Assembly: GCF_000142905.1 (NCBI RefSeq)
Contig: NW_013657649.1
Location: 62,001-126,000 of the forward strand
Length of the DNA stretch: 64,000 nucleotides
Direction of reading: 5' to 3'
DNA from: Thecamonas trahens ATCC 50062
Taxonomy: Eukaryota > Protista > Apusomonadida
Each line of letters starts with the position of its first letter. Position 1 is the stretch's first letter. The translations under genes were made by a program, and so were the position numbers. Under the pieces are notes generated by a model, which saw only the letters and a program-made list of their open reading frames with translations, was not told the origin of the DNA and searched no databases. Positions 57,278 to 64,000 of the stretch are shown in pieces.

Positions 57278-58150
57278 ATGACATCAGGGTTGGCGCTCTC
57301 GCTGGCGGTGGCTGCGGCTGCGGTGCTGTGCGCAATGGCGAGCTCTGTACCCGAGACCACCGAGGTAGTTGCTCTCAAGCAGACCACTTCGCCGACTCTT
57401 GCTGCCCTGGAGGGCGAGTGGGTCGGCAACATGTGTGGTCTGTGTGGCTGTCCTGCTGCCTGCACCCGCCCCTATCAAGTCTCGAGTACGTGTGTGTGTG
57501 TGTGTGTGTGGGGGGGGGGGGGGGGTCAGAGGACGTGACGTGACTCACACTGATGCGATGACGATCACGATGGTGGTGGTCGGGGGCGGAAACGATGACC
57601 ATGGCGTGGGTGGTGGTGGTGGGGCGGGTGATGGTGGTGGGACGGAAATGTTGACGGTGGGACCGGTGGTGGTGCAGACGTCAACATCAGCATTGATCTC
57701 GAAGGTAGGTTGCGGTTCTCGCGGCCAGCGCGGACACTGTGCTCGGACTCGTTTGAAGCCGGCATCACCGAGCACATCATCGAAGGAATCGACGAGAGTG
57801 GGAGCTGCTTGGCTGTGGCAACAGGCGACATTGACCACCCGATCCACTACTCGATCGAGTTTGACACGGTCCACCTGAGAATGGCGTACGCGCCGGACCT
57901 CCAGTTCTGCCCGACGCTCCCGCACGTCCCATCGTGCTCGTGCACCTCGTACGGGACGCCAGTTTCGGGTTTTACCGCCTCATTCGTGCGGGCCGGCCTC
58001 GGACTCGAGCCGAAGCCGTGCCACTTTGTGAAGAACGAGATGACCCTTCGCAGCCCGCTGACATATGTGTTCAAGGTCGCGCTGGTCATGGGCGTCATCA
58101 CCACAGGCATCGAGTGGTTCATTCAGCGGTATTTGCAGGACGTGCCCTAA
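57278..58150 (+). CDS. Small Cys-rich type-I membrane protein of unknown function; intron 57486-57677
   Basis: Signal peptide MTSGLALSLAVAAAAVLC; GTACGT...GTGCAG phase-1 intron gives PYQVSNVNISIDLEG; C-terminal TM YVFKVALVMGVITTGIEW. Confidence 0.75.
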
Positions 58151-58171
58151 GACTTTGACACGTCATGCAGC

Positions 58172-61171
58172 CTAGCCTGACGAGGTCGACACCTCTTGGG
58201 TCGCCGACGATGCGGCGCGGCTCCGCCGCCGCTCGCACCGCGGGCACGCGTCGCGCCGCTGGTCAAAGCATCGCACATGGTAGCACGAGCCGCACGTCTC
58301 GCACGCCACAGTTGTGTTCTGGAACGGATAGATGGCCTCATTGGCGTTGCACATGCCGCAAATATGACCCTTCCACCGGCAACGCTCGCACCCATACACA
58401 TGCGCCTCGAGATGCTCTGCCCACGAGACCAGGTCCGACACCAGATCATCGACGTGCAGCAGGTCGTCGAGCGAGTAAAAGTGGATGTTGTCGAGGTGGT
58501 GTTGCCGCTGGCCAAACAAAGCCAACAGCCCCGGACGCTCCCGGCAAGTCATGGCGAACGCCTTGAGGTGGGCCAGCCGCTTGCGGACCTTGTGCGCGGC
58601 CGCGAGCGCGGGCACCCGCGCGTAGAGACTCGGATTGAGGACTGAGATCTTGAAAACCGGCTCGCAGGCAATCTCCCGCATAAACTGCGCCGCAGGCTGT
58701 GAGACTGGGTATGGTTCCGAGTCCCACGACGACAACAGTCGCGCCGGAATGACCAGCTCGTCGGCGCCGGTGTGGCACGAGCCGCAAAAGTACTTGAGAA
58801 AGTAGGCGCACTCTCGCCCGCCGAGCACGATCGGCACACCGCACCCATAGCACCGCCCGCCCTGCGCTGCCACCGAGTCGGGGAGCGCCCGCCCGCTCTC
58901 GCTAAAGAACAACACCTTGCGCGGCGGGTACATGGCGGCGTCGTCAACATAGCCCCAGTCCGACATCGGCGACAGACCGCCACTGTTCGGGTTCACCACG
59001 ATGCCGGCACCACTTTCCACCGACGCCAGCGAGTCGGCCCTGGTCCTGCTCGGCTCGCGCCACGGTGCAGCCGCAGGCGAGCTGCCAAACGTAGTCGACG
59101 AGTACAAATCGTGGGACGAGAAGCCTCCACCGGCGCCAGCCGAGAACACCGACGCTGGGGCCGGGACGGATGCGCTCTCCCACGGGTACGCAGTTAGCGG
59201 TAGCGACGACGCGACCGGCCGAACGCTTGCCAACCCTGCGCAGCGATCATACATGAGCAGCGCAAGGTTGAGCTCCGGCGCCGGCGCCGACGACCCGTTT
59301 CGCGAGCCGACAGGGAAGACCTTGGCAAACGAGGCCGCCAGCACATCGGCGTGAGTCATCGGATCCGACTGCTGATAGGAGGCGGCCTCGCTCGCGCTCC
59401 TACTCAGCCGCCGCGACCGGCTTCGCTGGCGGTACGCGGTTGTCGGTGTTGCCGCAGTAGTCGAGAGCAGAGTGGTGAGAAGGGCTTCACGCCGCGACGC
59501 CGTCGCCGGCGCACCGAGTGCCTCGGCCGCTCCTCGCCCGCCGATCGAAAGGAACTGCTGAGTGATCGGCTTGGACGCCGCGTAAGCAGACTGCGACGCC
59601 GCACCGTCGTCGGGCAGACGCAGACTGCTGCTACCGCTTTCATCGCCGGTTGCTGCCGCGGCGATGACCTGGTTGCGAAGCGACGACTGCAAGCCCGAGA
59701 CTGAGGGAGGGAGTTCGCGCGGCAGCTTGGCAGCCGTCGACGGAGCAGGGTCGCCAATGCGAAACTTAAACTGCGGGCCCGAGTCTGACTGTGACTGCTC
59801 GAGATTCTTGCGGACAATGGCCGAGAACGGGAGCAGCGGCGAGGCGGCGACAGCCGTGCTGCCAGCACTATCCTCAGCAGCAGTGTCCTTTGTCCCGTTG
59901 CCGATGGTCCGCCCTATCGGTGACGTGCCCTTCGGCAGGGCAAGGAAGGGCGAAGTGGCGACGGCCGACGGGCTGGTGCTCGGCCGCCCCAGCGGCGGCG
60001 ACGGGCTGCGGTCGTCGGGCGCGGTCGTGATGAGGTTGTGCGTCTTGACATTGTCTGGGTGGTTTTCATCCAGCTGCTCTGAGGCCAGCGCCCAAGGGTC
60101 GACATCAGCCGGCAGCCATGGAGAGCCGCCGCGACTGGTGGAGCCGGTTGGCGAGTCGAAATGCCCGACGGCGGGCGCGCCGATCGGCGAGATCGGTGGT
60201 GACGGCACGGGCGACGATGGACTTGCTGTGGGTTCGGGCTCGGGCTCGGGCTCGGGCTCAGGCTCCGACTCGGGCTCGGCCTCGGCCTTGACCTCGCTAC
60301 CCGACAGCTCACCGACGTCGGGCTCTGTGTCCGACAGCTCGTCAACGGCGGCGTCGTCCGACGACGTGACCCCGGGCGAGGCGAGCGCCAGCTTGCGCTG
60401 GTAGCCAGCAATGCCTGTGGGCCGCAACGGTGACGGCGCGGGAAGATCCCCCGGTGGTGCGCCCGGTGCGTCGATATGAGCGACGCCGGCAACCTTTGCA
60501 GCCTTCTTCTTGCGCTTCTTGCGGCGGCGGCCGCGCGAGGCGGCGGAGACAGTGGGTCCATCATGTTCGCTGGCTGGCGCAGTAGAGACAGAAGAAACGT
60601 CTGCAGTGGCAGAGCGGAGCGAAGCGTCGTTCTTTTCAAGCGCCATACGGCCGAGCATGGCCGAGACCTCGCGGTGGACGTCGGGATGCGGCAGCTGATC
60701 AAAGGCGACATCCTTGACACAGAGCGAAAAGTCGACGTGGAGGACCGAGTCGAGGGCCTTTGCAGCGGCCTCTGCCAGGTCTGGGGAAGCCATAGGTGCG
60801 TCAGGAGCGTATGCATCTTGGACGAGAGCGGCGATAGCGCGAATGGCTGCCGGCAGGCTCTTGTCGACGAGGGCGACCCTAACGAGGGCCCTGACCTTGC
60901 CCGCCGGGGTGGAGGCGTCGCTCCCGAGTGCGGCAACAAGATCAAGTTGCTGAGCGTTGCTGCCGAGTGCGGAGCGGAGAGCAGCCCAGGCCTGGGCCTG
61001 TGGCGAGGAGAACATCTTCGGCCGGGTGCCCGTGATCAGAAGGCGGAAGACCAGATCCTCCAACTTGTCGGCCTCGACATGGCCGTCGTGAACAGGCTCG
61101 CCGGCTGGGAGACAGCCCAGCAGCGCCACCGCCTGCTGCTGCACGGCACGCACAAGCACCTCGCCGTCCAT
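58172..61171 (-). CDS. RUN domain plus Rubicon-homology (zf-RING_9/DUF4206) protein, PLEKHM1/Rubicon/DEF8 family
   Basis: N-terminal RUN (LEDLVFRLLITG, GKVRALVRVALVDKSL, YAPDAPM). C-terminal QGGRCYGCG, CAYFLKYFCGSCH, IPARLLSSWD, HVYGCERC..KGHICGMC, CETCGSCYH..C, CPRC. Confidence 0.88.
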   Translation of the reverse strand: MDGEVLVRAVQQQAVALLGCLPAGEPVHDGHVEADKLEDLVFRLLITGTRPKMFSSPQAQAWAALRSALGSNAQQLDLVAALGSDASTPAGKVRALVRVALVDKSLPAAIRAIAALVQDAYAPDAPMASPDLAEAAAKALDSVLHVDFSLCVKDVAFDQLPHPDVHREVSAMLGRMALEKNDASLRSATADVSSVSTAPASEHDGPTVSAASRGRRRKKRKKKAAKVAGVAHIDAPGAPPGDLPAPSPLRPTGIAGYQRKLALASPGVTSSDDAAVDELSDTEPDVGELSGSEVKAEAEPESEPEPEPEPEPEPTASPSSPVPSPPISPIGAPAVGHFDSPTGSTSRGGSPWLPADVDPWALASEQLDENHPDNVKTHNLITTAPDDRSPSPPLGRPSTSPSAVATSPFLALPKGTSPIGRTIGNGTKDTAAEDSAGSTAVAASPLLPFSAIVRKNLEQSQSDSGPQFKFRIGDPAPSTAAKLPRELPPSVSGLQSSLRNQVIAAAATGDESGSSSLRLPDDGAASQSAYAASKPITQQFLSIGGRGAAEALGAPATASRREALLTTLLSTTAATPTTAYRQRSRSRRLSRSASEAASYQQSDPMTHADVLAASFAKVFPVGSRNGSSAPAPELNLALLMYDRCAGLASVRPVASSLPLTAYPWESASVPAPASVFSAGAGGGFSSHDLYSSTTFGSSPAAAPWREPSRTRADSLASVESGAGIVVNPNSGGLSPMSDWGYVDDAAMYPPRKVLFFSESGRALPDSVAAQGGRCYGCGVPIVLGGRECAYFLKYFCGSCHTGADELVIPARLLSSWDSEPYPVSQPAAQFMREIACEPVFKISVLNPSLYARVPALAAAHKVRKRLAHLKAFAMTCRERPGLLALFGQRQHHLDNIHFYSLDDLLHVDDLVSDLVSWAEHLEAHVYGCERCRWKGHICGMCNANEAIYPFQNTTVACETCGSCYHVRCFDQRRDACPRCERRRSRAASSATQEVSTSSG

Positions 61172-61470
61172 AAGCGTGTGTACGTGTATGGGTATGGGTA
61201 TGGGTATGGGTGGGTGGGTGGGTGGGGTGGGAGGAGGCGGGAATGAGTGGCGTGGTGCCCGCCTGTCGCGCGCGTGCGTGTTGCTCGTTGGTGTGTGAAG
61301 TGGTCGGTGGGGTGCAACCAAGTGTAGCACATTGATCCTAGTATTGATCCCCCTCACTGATCCCCTTCATCATCACACCTCCTCGATCACCACCACCAGC
61401 CCCTTCCCCATCCATCGCCACCACCAACCCCTTCCATCACCAGCCCCATCCCCTCTCCATCCTGTTTCAC

Positions 61471-61534
61471 TGTGCTGGTCAGCATACTGGCGTTGTTCCT
61501 GACCGACCACGCCTCACCCACACACCCACCCACC

Positions 61535-61573
<39 letters not shown>

Positions 61574-62567
61574 CACCCGCCCTGCATTACATACTCTATT
61601 GGCGGGGGCGGGTATGACCTCGGTGGAAGGGCCGGGGCGGGGGTACAGGTCGGAGGCGGTGGCGGGCGACAACAATGTCCATGGCTGTGAGAGACAGGCC
61701 AACAAGGACGGCAAGCAAGACGACGATGCGGTGGTAGTGCTCGAGGTGGTGGCCGATGGCGTGGGAGAGGAGGCAGAGCTGGCAGCGCTGGATGGGAAAG
61801 GCGAGGAGGGAAAGGCTGGCGAACAACGCGGATGCAGATGCCGGCGGCGTGACTTGGAGCGGCGACGGCGGCGATGGCGGACGCGTCGCGGCGTAGGGGA
61901 GCGCATGCTGCGGCGAGTGGCACGGGCCGAGTGGCGGAGGGCCGGCGGTGGTGGAAGTGGCGATATACTTGACTCGATAGGAGCCATGGCAGCATCCAAA
62001 TCGGAGACGAACCAGGTGTTGCTGAACGAGATGGCGAAGCAGATCAAGGACTTGGAGAATGCCATTGCGAAGCAGGCGACGGAGGCTGCGGACACCATTC
62101 GCGAGCTGAAGAGCACCATTGCGAAGCAGGCGAGCACCATTGCGAAGCAGGCGACGGAGGCTGCGGACACCATTCGCGAGCGGGAGAGTACCATTCGCGA
62201 GCTGAGGATGCAACTTGCTAGCGCGGGCATCATGCCCATGACGATGGCCACCAACGACACCAGCAGCTCGCGGAAGCGGACGACCTCGGAGGGCAGCAGC
62301 ACGAGCTCTGAAGGGAGTAGTGCGATCCCTATGTCCGAGAGCTCGTCTGGTGCGTGTGACCGTGAGTAGGGCATGGCGGGCTTGATCAACCTGTGTGATC
62401 GTTTTCCGACGCACGCGCGCTCGGAAGGAGAGGCAGACTGCGGCACCGAAAGAGCACATCGGAGAGGGATAGACACGAGGTGGGGGACAGTGCCATGTGG
62501 TAGCACCATGCCTCGCCAGGCACTGTTGTACCGTAAGTCCATAGTTGCACAAGAAGGTCACGCCTCC
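61471..62567 (+). mobile_element. Dispersed repeat copy B (runs into the assembly gap)
   Basis: Inverted near-identical copy of 42421-43888, including the (CCCA)n(CA)n microsatellite. Confidence 0.6.
61986..62369 (+). CDS. Repeat-borne coiled-coil protein (may start upstream at ATG 61614)
   Basis: MAASKSETNQVLL... with heptad modules STIAKQA / TEAADTIRE / STIRELR. Confidence 0.45.
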   Translation: MAASKSETNQVLLNEMAKQIKDLENAIAKQATEAADTIRELKSTIAKQASTIAKQATEAADTIRERESTIRELRMQLASAGIMPMTMATNDTSSSRKRTTSEGSSTSSEGSSAIPMSESSSGACDRE

Positions 62568-62795
62568 NNNNNNNNNNNNNNNNNNNNNNNNNNNNNNNNN
62601 NNNNNNNNNNNNNNNNNNNNNNNNNNNNNNNNNNNNNNNNNNNNNNNNNNNNNNNNNNNNNNNNNNNGCCCCCCCCCCCCCCCCCCCTTTCCCCGCCCCG
62701 CCCTCCCAACCACACATTCATTCGTCCATTGCTCCCGACCGTTAGACCCCGACACCCCACCACCACCCCCCGCCACCCACCTCACCACAGCAGGG

Positions 62796-64000
62796 ATGGC
62801 CCTCAAGTCCCCATGGCCAAACAAGGGCTCGGCATCACTTGTTCTTGCAGGGCCCATCTATGAAAAGTCCGGCTCATTCTTCAAGTCACTCGAGAGCAAG
62901 TACGGTGTGCTCTACGCAGACCGCCTCGAGCTGGGCCAGAGGACGGCAGCCGAGGCCGACAAGCGCCTGCTGCTCCGTCCGGCTGGCAAGGCCCTTACCG
63001 CCGCTGTAGCCGACGCCAAGAAGAATGCTTCTGCCGTGGCAAAGGGCAAGTCACCACCTCTCCCGCCCTACCTCGCTCTCGACGACTACAACGCCCCGCG
63101 TTTCGACCCACCTCCGCCAGAGCCGCACGTCTTCAAGACCTCGGAGCTCGCCATTCGCCTGCGTATCGGCAAGAAGTCACACACGATCTCCTTCGAGTCG
63201 CTCCGCCACCGCACGGTCTGGATCGACGCCCTCTCCCGCGTCATCAACGCCACCAACAACAAGATTGTCCTCCTCGCCCGCGGCGCTCCCGCTCATGCCT
63301 CTGCTGCCACCGCCCACCCCGCGACCACACCCGCTCGCACGCCGAGCACCACTCCCGCCCCCGCTTCTACCCCTCCCTCTGTCACCGTCACCGCCACCCC
63401 CGCTCCCACGTCTGATCCTGCTCCATCCGCCATAGATCCAGCCGCAGGCGTCGGCCCGCCACCCAAGCCCGCGCCGCCCAAGCCTGCGCCGCCCAAGCCC
63501 GTGCCACCCGCAGCGGTGGCTCCCGCTCCTGCATCGCCGCCAAAGCCTGCGTCACCGCCCAAGTCTACGCAGCGCACGGGTGTGGCTCCTGCTCCCGCGT
63601 CACTGCCGAAGCCTGCGTCGCCGCCCAAACAGCAGCCGCAGCAGAAGGCTCGCCCGATTGCCCCAGGCACCGACCCGCTGCCGGTCGACGCGCTGCGTGA
63701 GCTGGCCCCGTCGTCGCTGTCACCATACGCCGCGCCAGCGCAGCTTCCCCATCCGCGGACGGCCGCGCTCGCTGCGCTCTCCGAGCTCGTCGCTGGCTCG
63801 CCCGAGTTTGACTGGAACGCCGAGTACCAGACCCGAATGGCCCGTTGGGTGGAAGCATCGCGCTCCGAAGCTAGTCACGCGCCCGAGGCCGAGTTGGAGC
63901 TTGTCCGCTTTGTCGGCCTCTTTGCCGCTCGCGCCGAGCAAGTCGCTTCCATCATCATCGATGAGTTGCATCTCCCGCTAACGTCCAAGACCTACACTCC
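62796..64000 (+). CDS. PH-like domain, Pro-rich linker and start of a CLU-like domain; 3'-partial (missing from the ORF track)
   Basis: Open frame to the window end: LAGPIYEKSGSFFKS...KYGVLY...RTVWIDALSRVI (PH-like); PPKPA repeats; FDWNAEYQ...LF...AEQVASIIIDELHLP..SKT (CLU-like start). Confidence 0.75.
   Translation, partial: MALKSPWPNKGSASLVLAGPIYEKSGSFFKSLESKYGVLYADRLELGQRTAAEADKRLLLRPAGKALTAAVADAKKNASAVAKGKSPPLPPYLALDDYNAPRFDPPPPEPHVFKTSELAIRLRIGKKSHTISFESLRHRTVWIDALSRVINATNNKIVLLARGAPAHASAATAHPATTPARTPSTTPAPASTPPSVTVTATPAPTSDPAPSAIDPAAGVGPPPKPAPPKPAPPKPVPPAAVAPAPASPPKPASPPKSTQRTGVAPAPASLPKPASPPKQQPQQKARPIAPGTDPLPVDALRELAPSSLSPYAAPAQLPHPRTAALAALSELVAGSPEFDWNAEYQTRMARWVEASRSEASHAPEAELELVRFVGLFAARAEQVASIIIDELHLPLTSKTYT

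Noticed and set aside
43889-61470. Composite transposon or Polinton/virus bounded by the inverted repeats
   Set aside because: The interior holds ordinary housekeeping genes, with no integrase, polymerase or capsid.
62374-62567. IDTRWGTV in the repeat's 3' part, resembling the hAT transposase TRW motif
   Set aside because: A three-residue match only; no other hAT motifs, TIRs or 8-bp TSD are visible, and the frames differ between copies.

Overview
GC-rich, gene-dense, intron-poor eukaryotic nuclear DNA from a draft assembly, with five N-gaps (3564-3673, 7064-7163, 10760-10874, 36479-36795, 62568-62666), mostly beside poly-G/C tracts. Gene content (NME7, BLOC1S1, STRA6-like, Zn2Cys6 factor, OSR1/SPAK kinase) suggests a flagellated protist near the animal/fungal stem, possibly an apusomonad such as Thecamonas (inference only). 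About 22 protein genes are supported: PMCA Ca-ATPase (partial), BLOC1S1, TDP2-like EEP nuclease, CaaX ARM-like protein, OSR1/SPAK kinase, WRNIP1, bacterial-type 2OG-Fe(II) dioxygenase, two head-to-head ABCG half-transporters, a Zn2Cys6 factor, two head-to-head giant beta-helix/Cys-rich/multi-TM paralogs, NAA35, an SGNH pseudo-enzyme, CRAL-TRIO, STRA6-like, ATM, NME7, a RUN/Rubicon-homology protein, a PH+CLU-like protein (partial) and three unknowns. Best candidate for an undescribed system: the two divergent ABCG halves have reciprocally degenerate ATPase motifs matching NBD1 and NBD2 of full-size PDR pumps. This looks like a PDR-like asymmetric pump encoded by two genes on one repeat-structured bidirectional promoter, flanked by a Zn2Cys6 regulator and a likely horizontally acquired dioxygenase. 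Also notable: a 1.1-1.5 kb repeat in two inverted copies encoding a modular coiled coil with a hypervariable patch, an 11%-GC palindromic island, six convergent gene pairs with stops 11-50 nt apart, and eight short frameshifts that are most likely sequencing errors. Family assignments come from motif recognition and remembered consensus sequences; no searches were run.
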